Source of the DNA: Schizochytrium sp. TIO01
Taxonomy: Eukaryota > Protista > Bigyra: Labyrinthulomycetes
DNA length: 64,000 bases
Assembly (NCBI GenBank): GCA_004764695.1
Contig: SMSO01000025.1
Span: 3,782,001 to 3,846,000 of the forward strand
Direction: 5' to 3'
The position numbers and the translations under genes are program-made. Shown in pieces: positions 11,070 to 21,881 of this stretch. Position 1 is the stretch's first letter. The number at the start of each line of letters is the position of its first letter. The notes under the pieces are model-generated. The model ran no database searches, was not told where the DNA came from, and worked only from the letters and a program-made list of their open reading frames with translations.

Positions 11070-14000
11070 TTAAGTTGCGACTTCTTGCATATCGGCATCC
11101 ATCAGTTGATTTGTACTTGGAGGTGGGCTTCGAGAAGTCAAAACCGGCCAGCATTGGTCGCAGACGGTCACACTGTCTTGAATCTGGAACTTGGTGATCG
11201 GATACTTGTGCTGGGAACACCTAGAACAACAAACCCGTGCACAATGCCTACAATGATGTTGATCACGGAAGTACCCAAACTGTGTTCTACAAAGCATACA
11301 AACTTTGGTATCTCGATGAAATTGCTTCGCTAGTGTCTCATCAGGGGGTTTACGGACAGATTGCAAAAGATCCACAGCAAAATCCTGGGTAACAGATTTC
11401 ATGTCGAGAGGAGTTTCTCTTTGATCATTCCAGATATAAAGCGGTGCACCCATTTGCACCAGTTTGCAAGCAATTTCTCTGTTGTTTAGCTGGCATGCAA
11501 GATGTAGAGCTGTATTTTTCAGGCGATCCTGCTCGTGGAAACGTACGTTGGGACGTTTGAACTTGGCCAGTGCTTTCTTTGTTGCACTCTTGTTTGAGCA
11601 AAGAATGCTAAGTGGTGTCGAGCCTGCATGGTTTTTCAAGTTCGGATCAAAGTCATTTTCAAGCAGAACATAAATAGCTCTTGACATCTCTGGATTCCCT
11701 GGACCCGCACAAACAAGATGGAGTGCAGTGTTACCACTGTTATCCGTCAGATCTCGAAGGTTTTTGCCACTTTCTGTAGGAGACTGTTGGGTTTTAGCCT
11801 GTCCATTGTTCGCCACAACGATCGAAGACTTCTCGCGCGAAAGTGATTTCCACCCTAAGAGGTTGTGAATCATAGTCACATTGCATGTCCGAGCTGCGTG
11901 ATGCAAAGCCGTTTGCCCTTGCTCATCACCCCGGGTAATGCTCGCCCCACTGTTTAGAAGCTCAACCATTGTATTCACCGCACCAATTCGCACGGCAGCG
12001 TGTAGAGGGGTCTGCCCATACTTGTTTGCTCCCTCCGGATCCTCAGAGTTATTACTCACGTTGGCATTGCCCTGGCGGATAGCTCCGTGTCGAATCAGAG
12101 TTTTCGTGAGACCGAGTGCATCGTCGCCCTTTAGCACTGCCTCCATCAAAGGCGTGTTTCCATGAGCATTTCGAGCGTAAACACTGGCACCGTGTTCGAG
12201 TAGCAACTCCACCATGCGTTCCGAGCCGTCATCTGACCACTGGAATGCCTGAATAGCGGCATGTAGAGCGGTACGATGCGTACGATTATCCTCTACGTTT
12301 GGATCTACACCATCCTTGAGAAGTTGCTCTAAGACAGGCAAAATACCATGCTCCGCAGCGAGAGAAAGGGGTGGGATGTTCAACGTTCTTGCAGTTTGAA
12401 GAACAGTATCCATATCAGCAACGAGTGGCTCCTTTTCAAAGTCTAGTAAGCCATCGCCATCCAACCCACGGGCTCCTACTTCCTTCAAAGTCAACTCGAA
12501 CGATGAATCTCCAGCTGCACTTCCGTTTGCATTACTTTTGGGTGCACCACTTGAGGGGCGAAAAAGGTCTACGCTTGTTCCTCGTCCGCGGTTAAAAGTT
12601 CGAGACGTGCCCTGATTTCCACGTCCAGGGGTCTGATTACTGCCATGCGTAGCCACGATTGTACCATCCTGGCTAAGCTTGAACGGTGTTACTCCATTCT
12701 CGCTAGAGTCTCCATGCGAGCCTGCAGAACCAGTTGAGTATGTAGATATCGAAGCGCCACGTCCTGGACGAACAGGTACAGTATCATGGCCTCGGTTTGA
12801 GCTCTGATGTCCATCCTGCATGAAATGGCTTGTCATAAAAACATCATGCGCATTCTTGGGTTTGCTATCAGACAAAGCTTTTCGCGTCCGGTAAGATGTG
12901 CTAGGTGATGGCGAGTAGAAACTGTCATGAAAATCTCCATCCTGTCCTCTCCCATCTCCACGAAGATGACGGTTTGCAAGATCCTCTGAATCGTCGTCGT
13001 CATCATCACCGCCATCACCATCGTCGTCTTCATCATCAGTTGGTAATTGCTCAATTTGTGGTGAGCGCGGCATCATATTAGCGAGACCCTCCTCTTCAAG
13101 CAAACTCTCTGAGAGATAGCGAAGATCACTCTTTGAGCCAGCATAGCGTCCTGGTGTAAGACGTGAACGATCTTCATCTTTCTCTTGCATGAAACGTTCA
13201 AGACGACTCATCAGCCTTGCCACAAGCTCAACGTCGCCCCGGCCTTGTCGAAGTGGCGAAGGCGAACCTTCATTACTACGCGGAGTAAGTTGTTCTTCCA
13301 CCACTGATGCAGTCGGCTTTTGGGCTTGCCTTGTTGCAGCCTCGCGAGACCAAGCATAGAAGACAGCCCGCATTAGGCGAGTCTGAGAATGCTCACGATG
13401 AATGCTCTCAAGCTTGCGTAAACGTCGCTCCGCTACAAACGTCACGTGCCAGGCAAGAAAGTGTCGACGCAGGCGATTTGCGTCAAAGATCTCTAAAAGT
13501 CGTTTGAACTGCACCTCGTCCTCTAAGCGCAGAGCAGCCCAGAGGTACCAAGCTTTAAAAACGCGTAGGCACAAGAATCGATGGTCGCGTACTGCCAGGA
13601 TTGTTTCAACGCGATCTGCATGCGTACCACGACGAGTTTCGTCTACCCATGCTGTAAATGCACGATGCAAAAGACGGTGTTCTCGACGGGCAAGAGCAAG
13701 ATCAACCACTATATCTTCGCTTTGTGAATCAGTGCCATGCATTGCAAGTGCATTAAACGCACTCTGTAAACGTCGTCGTTCAAGTAAACGGCGGGCAATC
13801 GCAATTCGCTCTCGAAGCACCTTGGCTTCACGAACTCCGGAAGACCATACACTAATGACGTGCTGGGCTGTTCGCCGAGATCGGCGGTCAATGAGAACTC
13901 GAGCTTGGAGAACACTTGTTGACCATGCCTTCGCTCTGTTCAGCTCTAGCATCTGCTTCTCCAGTAAGTTGATTTTTGCATTTGAAGACTCCCGGAAGTC

Positions 14001-17000
14001 ATCTAATGCTGCCGCCTTAAGCTCGTCATTCTTTTTCAGTCGTTCTACTTCGTGTCGGGATTCGTTCCTAGCCTTGCGTAGCTCGTCTGCTTCCTGATGG
14101 GCGTTCCGAAGCTCTGTTTCAAGTTCAATCACCGCGGAAGATCTCGCCATTTCGTGATTAGCTTGGCGCTCTCGTTCGAAATCTGCGATACGGACAGATA
14201 GTTCTTCTTCCTTTTTGCGCCCTTCTTCGAGCTCCCTCTCTAGCTTTTTCTGTCCCTCCTTTGCCGCATTGAGTGCTAATTCAAGCTCACCCTGCTTAAT
14301 TTCAGCCCGATTTTTCAAGCTCGTTTGTTGGGCAAGAAAATTCTTGACTTCATCAATCTCGATTTGCTTTGTTTCAAGTGCTTGTGTCATTTCGGCAAAT
14401 TTGTGTTCAAATTCATCTATGCGCGCCTCCAAAACAGCTTGCTGTTCATTCCGGACCATTTCGGCATGTTGTACGTCGAGTTCTACAGATGTGGGCTCAG
14501 GAATTTCACTTAGTTTAGCCCGTTTCTCCTCAATAAGAAGTCGCTTTTGACGCAGCTCTTCCTCAATACGATTTCTCTCCTCGGTGACCTGCGGGTTTGG
14601 CAAAGAAGAGAGTTGTGCTTCTTCTTGAGAAATCCTAGGGGTTGGCTCTTCATTATTGAGGTTTTTGTCCAGATGCTCGAGTTCTTCACCGAAAGTTTGT
14701 GCATACCACTCCTTGTCACTTGCTCCGTAAGATCCAACAGTCGCGAGAATCACCTGTGTAATCGGTTTGCTTGTGTCACTTGACATGGACGAAGCTACTG
14801 GTCTTGTGCCAGAAGTTGGTAAGTCCTGTGGGGATAACAAAGGCATCTTATCCTCTACACTGGCTGCAGGATCTCTAGAAATTTGAGGTATATAACTGGA
14901 AGGGGAATCACCGATCATGGGCTCATAATCTGGTATGGAGGTCGAACGCAATGTCTCCTTTTTACGTTGAATAATCTCGCGAACATCCTTCATGTAGAAC
15001 CATAAACGAGCGGTCACGGTAGCAGCAGCAAGGACCGCAAGCGAACGTGTACTCAAACGAGCAGGCTTCTCAACGTTATTTAAGGCCTGAACTTCTATTT
15101 GAGATGCCTCGTTTCTATCTCCATCGCAATTGTCTGATGTGGGGGGCGAGGAAGCTAAAGACGGCGAGGTGGAGGGTGCAAGCTCCCCACTTTTAATTTG
15201 ACGGCGAAGTTCATTCAGCTCTGCACGCAATGCATCCCTTTCCTGCAAAACTTTGCCAAGATCTCGAGCACCACGGCGTAATTCACGTACTGCGTCACGT
15301 GCTTGCCTTGCGCGAATTAAACATTGTATTTTAACAGCGCTTGCCCGTTGGCGCCGAAATTGACGCAAAATTTTAATCGCACGAGCCCAACTTTGAAGTG
15401 TCAGCCTTGCTCGCTCAATACGGAGCGAACGAGCTTCGACTCGCCCACGTCGCCCGCGCTCAGCAGCTTGGATTACAGTCGCACAATTACGAAGCTGCTT
15501 GAAGGCTGTGCGATAAAATAACATTCGAATCCACGTTTGTACACGTAGACTTGCGCGCTGGCAACGAAGCTTGTGGGCGCGCTGACGGGCAAGCTTACCC
15601 CTAATGAGCGACTGAATACGAAGGCCCGCGTTACGTTGTTTAAGGTAGTGCTGACGGCCAGCCCTGGCCTGAAGAGTCGCTACAACCAGAGAGACAGCCC
15701 TACGTTGCCAGCGAGACCACCACTTTTCGAGAATATCATGCCCCTGTTTGCGCATGAAGATTTTTGTTTTTCCGATTTGTGTGAGCTCTTCAATGTTATC
15801 CTGCGACCCACTAGATGCATCATGGGCTCGAAGAATGCTCAACACATCACTTGCGAGCTGCCGAGCTGCACTCCGCTCTAGCGTACCAACTTTTGGGATC
15901 TCCTCTAAAATCTTGCGACCTCGTAAAGTCTCTTTAGATGCTACCTGGTTTGGAAAAATCAAACGGGCTGCGGAAGGTCCAGCCAAGCGTCCATAACGTT
16001 CAACAAAAGTCTTATGCGGCATGCGGATGGGAAACCCTGCTCGGGCCACGCGCACGGCTTCAAGAACGCCTCCACAGCGCAATTGGCCCACAACGCGACC
16101 ACGGTGAATGACCTTAGCCTTTGCAACATCATTAGGCTTGATACAACGAATATAGTGCGGTGCTGTCTGCTCGATGGTTTCAATAAGTGAGTTGAGCTGG
16201 CGCTTAAACTCGGCACTTACAGAGGCCAAAGAAAGGGCAGAACGACGCTGAGCTGAGGATGTGGTGGAACTAGACGCCTTGCCTTTGCCACGTTTCTTAG
16301 ATGAACTATCCCCACCATCCTCACTGGCGCTGAAACGATCGCATATAAATTTGAATGATGACTCTTTCATAAGATCAACAACTTCTTGCCGTAATGCATC
16401 ACGATTCTTATCACAAAAATTTGCCGAGTTGTACGTTACTGCGCCAGCATAATGGTGAACGACAAATTCACCCCTTACGCGCTGGGCCTTTGAAGCTTCG
16501 AAACGATCACGGGATCCACATGAGTCGTATAATTTACTCGCAAAACCTTGGTCATTACCCTTGGGTAAGCGACACTCATCATCAAGAATAGCAAGAATGC
16601 CCATCTTTGCCTCCTCTTTGCTCCCTGCAGTACCGCTACTTCCACCAATTCCGCCGTCAATGAGCTCTACAGTAGACGCATTCGAAGGGAAGTCGATAAA
16701 GCTCCAGTTGATCTTCTCCTTGGCATAGATGGACTGTTCGTGTTTGAACACGAAATCGTTAAATTGTTGCTGAAGACGCTCGTTTGCATAGTTAATACAG
16801 AGCTGCTCGAAGGAGTTGTACTTGAAAATCTCAAACCCAAAGATATCTAAAACACCAATAAATCGTTTAACTTTGGAGCGATGATGAATGCACTCGTTGA
16901 CGCGAGCCACAAGCCAGTTAAACGTGCGACTGTAAAGGCTTTTGGCAAGTGCATCACGGCCATCAGTGGCATCCTCTGGTTTTAAAGGCACTTCAAAAGT

Positions 17001-18473
17001 TTCACCACCAGCGTTTACGTTACGCATGCACAACGCCTTATTAATGGCTTCCTCCTTTAGCCCCAGAAGATCAGTCAGAGCAGTAAGTGCGGCTTTTGAC
17101 TCAGCATCTTCAGAGTCGATGGTAGATCCTGGCAAATCCTGGTCTCCGCCCTTGGCATCGGCAAAAGTGATGTTACCAAGGTGGAGCACTACAGCTACCA
17201 CCTTGAACACGTCGACGCGTTCTTCATCTAAGAGGCCCATAATAGCCATAGAGCGCTTAGTAACAGCAAATTGGTCGGCGTCTGAAACACCGTCGCGACG
17301 GTCATAGCACGCTCCACCATTCAGAAATTCAAAGGCTTCCGGTTCGTCATTAGGATCAAGACGCCAGCTCTCTTTTTCTTCGTTCGAGCCGCCATAAAGC
17401 ATCTGGTAGAACACGTGGTATCCACGCTCACCTTCGCCTTGTTGGGTAATCCGTACTTTTTCTAGAAGGTACGTAGCAATGGAGGCTCCGACGATAAATC
17501 CATCTGCATCAAACTGGATTTGGATGAATTTTCCGAAGCGTGAACTGTTATCATTGCGAATTGTTCGAGCGTTACCAAAAGCTTCTAAGATTGGATTGCT
17601 CTCCAATACCTGCTGCTCGATGGAGTAATCTGCCAGTGCGGTTTGAGCATCAATCGATGCAGTTCGGCCCTTTGCTTTTGCGCTGGGTGAATTAGATTCG
17701 TCACCAAGGTACTCTGAGACATGAAGAAATTCCTTCGCTTCCTGACCATCTGCCCGGGGTCGCCGTGCCACGGTTGCAAGGTATTGCATCACAATTTTAG
17801 TTGACTCAGTCTTTCCTGCACCACTTTCGCCACTAATGAGAATAGACTGATCTTGATCACCACCCTCACGACCACTTTTATCAATCAGGCAAGCGTAGGC
17901 ATCTGCAGCCACTGCATATACATGAGGCTGGCGACCGATCTCATCCTCTGCAATAGAAGACTCAGCACTAGCGCGCTGGTAGCTTTCCAGGATAGAGTTA
18001 CTGTACAAAGGTAGGCGTTCGAAAGGGTTAAGCGCGAGGAGGATAGGTCCACACCATGTGTAGATAGTAGACGTCCAAAATCGCTCGCAAAGAGCCTGAA
18101 GAATAGCTGGTTCGTGCAAGTGAACCAGTTGTACGAGATCTGCTGGAGGTTCCTCCCAGTTGTTGCGCTCAACAATATTTTCGGGCTCTACTTTCACAAT
18201 TGCATCTTCATCTACACCCTTTTTCGAGTCTTCGCCAAAGTCGCTATCACTGTCATCACTATCGTCTCCTGAATTACCGGGTCGCTTTCTGTTCATGGCC
18301 TCCCATGACTCAAGTTGGACAGAGAGTTTGTTTTCTGGATCTGGTTCCCCGAGGACCAGCGCTGGCACCCAGCCAACCAGGTCCTCCTCTGAAATCTGGT
18401 CTGCATTTGAGCCCTTCCGCGCGCCCTCCTCCGGAAGAAGAGCAGTAGAACGGATCCAAACCTTACGGCTCAT
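11070..18473 (-). CDS. Unconventional myosin: motor, about 6 IQ, coiled coils, Sfi1-like repeats, ankyrin repeats, C-terminal FYVE-type zinc finger; 2467 aa
   Basis: P-loop GESGAGKT, LEAFGNARTIRNDNSSRFGKF, DIFGFE, PHYIRCIKPN. IQ motifs (IQSLIRGKLAR, VQTWIRMLFYR, IQCLIRARQAR) at ~15300-15690. Ankyrin motifs (GQTPLHAA, GNTALHLV) at ~11390-12370. CxxC..HHCRHC..CCxxC..CxxC at ~11150-11320. Confidence 0.96.
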   Translation of the reverse strand: MSRKVWIRSTALLPEEGARKGSNADQISEEDLVGWVPALVLGEPDPENKLSVQLESWEAMNRKRPGNSGDDSDDSDSDFGEDSKKGVDEDAIVKVEPENIVERNNWEEPPADLVQLVHLHEPAILQALCERFWTSTIYTWCGPILLALNPFERLPLYSNSILESYQRASAESSIAEDEIGRQPHVYAVAADAYACLIDKSGREGGDQDQSILISGESGAGKTESTKIVMQYLATVARRPRADGQEAKEFLHVSEYLGDESNSPSAKAKGRTASIDAQTALADYSIEQQVLESNPILEAFGNARTIRNDNSSRFGKFIQIQFDADGFIVGASIATYLLEKVRITQQGEGERGYHVFYQMLYGGSNEEKESWRLDPNDEPEAFEFLNGGACYDRRDGVSDADQFAVTKRSMAIMGLLDEERVDVFKVVAVVLHLGNITFADAKGGDQDLPGSTIDSEDAESKAALTALTDLLGLKEEAINKALCMRNVNAGGETFEVPLKPEDATDGRDALAKSLYSRTFNWLVARVNECIHHRSKVKRFIGVLDIFGFEIFKYNSFEQLCINYANERLQQQFNDFVFKHEQSIYAKEKINWSFIDFPSNASTVELIDGGIGGSSGTAGSKEEAKMGILAILDDECRLPKGNDQGFASKLYDSCGSRDRFEASKAQRVRGEFVVHHYAGAVTYNSANFCDKNRDALRQEVVDLMKESSFKFICDRFSASEDGGDSSSKKRGKGKASSSTTSSAQRRSALSLASVSAEFKRQLNSLIETIEQTAPHYIRCIKPNDVAKAKVIHRGRVVGQLRCGGVLEAVRVARAGFPIRMPHKTFVERYGRLAGPSAARLIFPNQVASKETLRGRKILEEIPKVGTLERSAARQLASDVLSILRAHDASSGSQDNIEELTQIGKTKIFMRKQGHDILEKWWSRWQRRAVSLVVATLQARAGRQHYLKQRNAGLRIQSLIRGKLARQRAHKLRCQRASLRVQTWIRMLFYRTAFKQLRNCATVIQAAERGRRGRVEARSLRIERARLTLQSWARAIKILRQFRRQRASAVKIQCLIRARQARDAVRELRRGARDLGKVLQERDALRAELNELRRQIKSGELAPSTSPSLASSPPTSDNCDGDRNEASQIEVQALNNVEKPARLSTRSLAVLAAATVTARLWFYMKDVREIIQRKKETLRSTSIPDYEPMIGDSPSSYIPQISRDPAASVEDKMPLLSPQDLPTSGTRPVASSMSSDTSKPITQVILATVGSYGASDKEWYAQTFGEELEHLDKNLNNEEPTPRISQEEAQLSSLPNPQVTEERNRIEEELRQKRLLIEEKRAKLSEIPEPTSVELDVQHAEMVRNEQQAVLEARIDEFEHKFAEMTQALETKQIEIDEVKNFLAQQTSLKNRAEIKQGELELALNAAKEGQKKLERELEEGRKKEEELSVRIADFERERQANHEMARSSAVIELETELRNAHQEADELRKARNESRHEVERLKKNDELKAAALDDFRESSNAKINLLEKQMLELNRAKAWSTSVLQARVLIDRRSRRTAQHVISVWSSGVREAKVLRERIAIARRLLERRRLQSAFNALAMHGTDSQSEDIVVDLALARREHRLLHRAFTAWVDETRRGTHADRVETILAVRDHRFLCLRVFKAWYLWAALRLEDEVQFKRLLEIFDANRLRRHFLAWHVTFVAERRLRKLESIHREHSQTRLMRAVFYAWSREAATRQAQKPTASVVEEQLTPRSNEGSPSPLRQGRGDVELVARLMSRLERFMQEKDEDRSRLTPGRYAGSKSDLRYLSESLLEEEGLANMMPRSPQIEQLPTDDEDDDGDGGDDDDDDSEDLANRHLRGDGRGQDGDFHDSFYSPSPSTSYRTRKALSDSKPKNAHDVFMTSHFMQDGHQSSNRGHDTVPVRPGRGASISTYSTGSAGSHGDSSENGVTPFKLSQDGTIVATHGSNQTPGRGNQGTSRTFNRGRGTSVDLFRPSSGAPKSNANGSAAGDSSFELTLKEVGARGLDGDGLLDFEKEPLVADMDTVLQTARTLNIPPLSLAAEHGILPVLEQLLKDGVDPNVEDNRTHRTALHAAIQAFQWSDDGSERMVELLLEHGASVYARNAHGNTPLMEAVLKGDDALGLTKTLIRHGAIRQGNANVSNNSEDPEGANKYGQTPLHAAVRIGAVNTMVELLNSGASITRGDEQGQTALHHAARTCNVTMIHNLLGWKSLSREKSSIVVANNGQAKTQQSPTESGKNLRDLTDNSGNTALHLVCAGPGNPEMSRAIYVLLENDFDPNLKNHAGSTPLSILCSNKSATKKALAKFKRPNVRFHEQDRLKNTALHLACQLNNREIACKLVQMGAPLYIWNDQRETPLDMKSVTQDFAVDLLQSVRKPPDETLAKQFHRDTKVCMLCRTQFGYFRDQHHCRHCARVCCSRCSQHKYPITKFQIQDSVTVCDQCWPVLTSRSPPPSTNQLMDADMQEVAT

Positions 18474-19905
18474 CGAGCGAGTATGGAGTTGTTTGAAGGC
18501 TTTCTACTTCGCAGGCAGACCACTTTCGCAGATATTCGAACACAGGTTTGAGATGAGTCAAGAGCGCTGAGATGACTGACAGGAGCACTAGCTTAATCTT
18601 CAGTCAACCACAAGACCTAATAGATGTCCCACTGCAAAGTGAACCCGAACTAGGGATAGAGAGATAGCCAAAGTCAGGTCAGGATGTCTTGCTAGAAATC
18701 TATTTTGCAAAATACCCCTGGAAGAAATCCCTTCCTACAATGCAAAGTCCGCGGGAGATTCCTGTTTCTATGAGGGTTCAAATTTACCACTAGTTATCTC
18801 ACTCTCCAAACTTACTCCGCCAACCACGAACAAGAGTTGCAGTCGTAGTCAAACCTGGGCTTGGAGTCGAAGCTGGAGCAAAGCAATTCGCGATATAGTT
18901 GCGCTGAGTTAACTTTTAAGATTGCTTCGAACAATTCCCGTGCACGAGAGAGCACGCTCCTCGCGGCATCCAGGTGAGAACGGTTGCTGTGGTGGCCCCG
19001 GGCTCCCGCGGGGCCATACACGGGAGAGCCGCGCTCCAGCAAAGCTCGGAAGCTGCAGCAGGCGGACTTGGCTTCGCCTCGGTATTCGCGATCTGTTGGT
19101 CTGCGACAATGAGTGTTGTTGCTTTTTCTTATTCTACTTCGTCGATCTTTGTAAAGTACAGCGTTAAGTGGAAAATGCCTACTACTACCTACCTCCAACT
19201 ACTCTCACACACAATATACGAGTTTAAACGCTATACTCCACTTGCCCCCCAGGATAACCCACTTGTCTCGCTGAGAAGATCTAATAGGTCTACTTTGCTA
19301 CAGACTGAAGAGGAAATGTTCTTAAAATTTATTCTGCTTACTTTATTTTATTTCCAAAAACTAACATCGCCCGTGAAAGAAAGAAAAGAGTTGTGACCAA
19401 TGTAAGGAAAGCCAATTACGAAGATGTGCTGGAAACCGCCAGTCAGTTGTGTACGACGCAGGTTTGTCGTCGAGCCTGATCAATGAATGGCAAGGAACAA
19501 ACTTGCAGACGTGATCACGGCGGAAATTTCGATACCTGCCAGTGCCACCCAGGTATATATATATGTATGTATGTATGGAAGAAAAGAAGCTATCGAGGAG
19601 TGCGACTGCTGGAAATCTCGGAAACAGCTCTTTTCCGTACCAGCGAAGAGTCATTGGATACCTATTAGGACTAAGTCTGTAAAACCAATGGAAAGTTACT
19701 GAGATCGTTATCTACAAGGTTCTTCAAGATCCTGCTGATGAGGAATACTAGAAAAGGAAGAGGTCCTATGGAAAGTGCCGGTGCCAGTGCTTAGCAAGCA
19801 AGCTCCAGGTTCTTTGTGAGCGGAGATTGCCGTGCGAAAAATGGTTCTTGGGCAGGAATGTTCCACTTTGGCGTTCTAGTTGAGAGTTGTGTACCTAGCT
19901 AGGTA

Positions 19906-19948
19906 GTATATATATGTGTATATACACATATATACATATATATATATA
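19906..19948. repeat. Imperfect (TA)n microsatellite
   Basis: TATATATATGTGTATATACACATATATACATATATATATATA. Confidence 0.85.
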
Positions 19949-20657
19949 AGACATCCTACTTCTCGTACAGCGAGAATTCATGAAGAACGTGAACACGAGA
20001 AGGGGCATCTGGGTCGAGCGATATCCCACCGCAGTGGTCGATTAAAGCCTAGTGCCTGCACTAGCCAGCTACTCTCTCAAGCTAGTGTTTCACACTGGCA
20101 AGTGTTGATTATGCAAACTCTGGTGAATATAGAGAAGTAGACGTAGTTTTTTGCCCTGGGAATGCTTAGCTACTATTCATATCAGGACATGACATGCCAT
20201 GACGTAAAGCTGAAAATGAAGACTACTACCAATAAATAAAGAAATCCATCAGAAGATGAGGATTTCGTGGTGGACTTCGAGTTGAACGCAAACCGGACCT
20301 GATGCGATTTCTTGTGCATGGTAGGTATAACTTTTGAGATAAACTCTATATTTCTATTAGTAGGTAACTGCTAGGTTAGATTGCTAGGACTAATACTGTT
20401 GCTGTTGATGAAATAAATCGACCTTTTGCTTTGCATACACCACGACGCATACCTTGGATTAGTTGCAAAACCGGACGCCCTGGGAGTGTCCTTTGTGAGT
20501 CTATAAAGTTGTCTCTGGTTTGAAGTGAATCCGGCTCGGCGTTCTTCTGAGCAAGATTTTCAATCCTTGCTCGAACGAGCGTTCTTAACTAGGCTCATCT
20601 TGAACGGCTCGCCTCTCGTATCTTTGAGATTGACGTCCAAATAAACATCACGCAAGG

Positions 20658-21881
20658 ATGAGCCAAGGTTTGGCACCGTCGACTCAGAACCTTACGGGCC
20701 GAGGTAGTGTGGCAACTGGCATTCGACCCCCATGGGAAAAGGCGTGCACATTTGAAGGCCCTCTGTTGAAGAAAAGCGAGTGGCTGAAGAAATGGAATTC
20801 GAGATACTTTCGTATTCGGGGTCGCACATTGTGCTACTACGATTCCCAAATGAGCAAGGTGGCAAGAGGAGAGATTCCACTCATCGGAGCTCAAGTTGCT
20901 TCTGTAAGTGTGCCGGAGCTTAATCGTAAATTTACATTTCAGATTCGCACAGCAAAAAACCAAGATTTTTTGTTTTGTGCGCTTAGTGAAGAAGATCGCC
21001 ACAATTGGATTTCACAAATTGACACTACAATTCACACAGGGCCACAAGCCCAGGCATCACGCCAGGTACAGCAACAGATTGCTGCCAGGGCACTCCCAGA
21101 TTCACAAGGATCTGAAACGGCATCTTCGGCTGCAGCGAACGTCACATCCGCTGGTGTTGCTGATGCATATCAGCTGGGAGGATCTCAGCAAGAAGAGCTT
21201 GATGCAGATGACAGTGCTACGATTACAGATGGAGATGACGTTGCAGAACAAAGCGCTAATTTACAAGGTATTACAGAAGATCTTGACGATTTAGAAATTG
21301 CTGGAAAGCATCGATTCCCGAGCAATTATGTTCCGCCACCGCCGCCTCCTGACGCGGAAGACCCTCTTTCTTACCTTCTCTCAGTACCGGAGCCGTCTAG
21401 TTCATCCTCCAAAAAACAGGCCAGCTCGCCTCGCGGGGGTCGTCGGCCGAAAACAAGTGCTTTTGCAAAATCTCAGGCGTCGGCATCCTCGTTTCAACGC
21501 ATCGCGTCGCCTCCATCTCGAAGTGTTCAGCGTACCAGCTCTGGCGAAGCTATGCAGCGAATGAATGACGCACCTAGTGCAGATCAAATTAATTTTGATG
21601 GTCCTGCTCTTCGCAATGCTGTGCGTGCGGGTGATCTCTCGTTGGTGAAAACAATTTTGGCTGCTCGCCCGGATCTCGCAACCTATCAAGACAACCAAAG
21701 CCTGACTGTCTTACACTATGCAGCTATGTTCAAGCACGAAGAAATCTGCATGCTTCTTCTCAGTATGGGGGCTGATGCAACTATTGAAAGCCCTAGCGGG
21801 GAGACCCCTCTTAAGCTGGCCCCTGTGTCGGTGGCTAATCATATGCGAGAATATCTCAATGACAACTCAAGTGCTGTGTAG
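20658..21881 (+). CDS. PH domain plus C-terminal ankyrin repeat protein, 407 aa
   Basis: FEGPLLKKSEWLKKWNSRYFRIRGRTLCYY...FCALSEEDRHNWISQI is a PH domain. A PPPPPP linker precedes ankyrin motifs ALRNAVRAGD, LTVLHYAA and GETPLKLA. Confidence 0.9.
   Translation: MSQGLAPSTQNLTGRGSVATGIRPPWEKACTFEGPLLKKSEWLKKWNSRYFRIRGRTLCYYDSQMSKVARGEIPLIGAQVASVSVPELNRKFTFQIRTAKNQDFLFCALSEEDRHNWISQIDTTIHTGPQAQASRQVQQQIAARALPDSQGSETASSAAANVTSAGVADAYQLGGSQQEELDADDSATITDGDDVAEQSANLQGITEDLDDLEIAGKHRFPSNYVPPPPPPDAEDPLSYLLSVPEPSSSSSKKQASSPRGGRRPKTSAFAKSQASASSFQRIASPPSRSVQRTSSGEAMQRMNDAPSADQINFDGPALRNAVRAGDLSLVKTILAARPDLATYQDNQSLTVLHYAAMFKHEEICMLLLSMGADATIESPSGETPLKLAPVSVANHMREYLNDNSSAV

Noticed and set aside
13402-14097. 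231-aa Arg/Ser-rich plus-strand ORF
   Set aside because: Antisense to the myosin coiled-coil and repeat region; its composition is explained by the sense codons.
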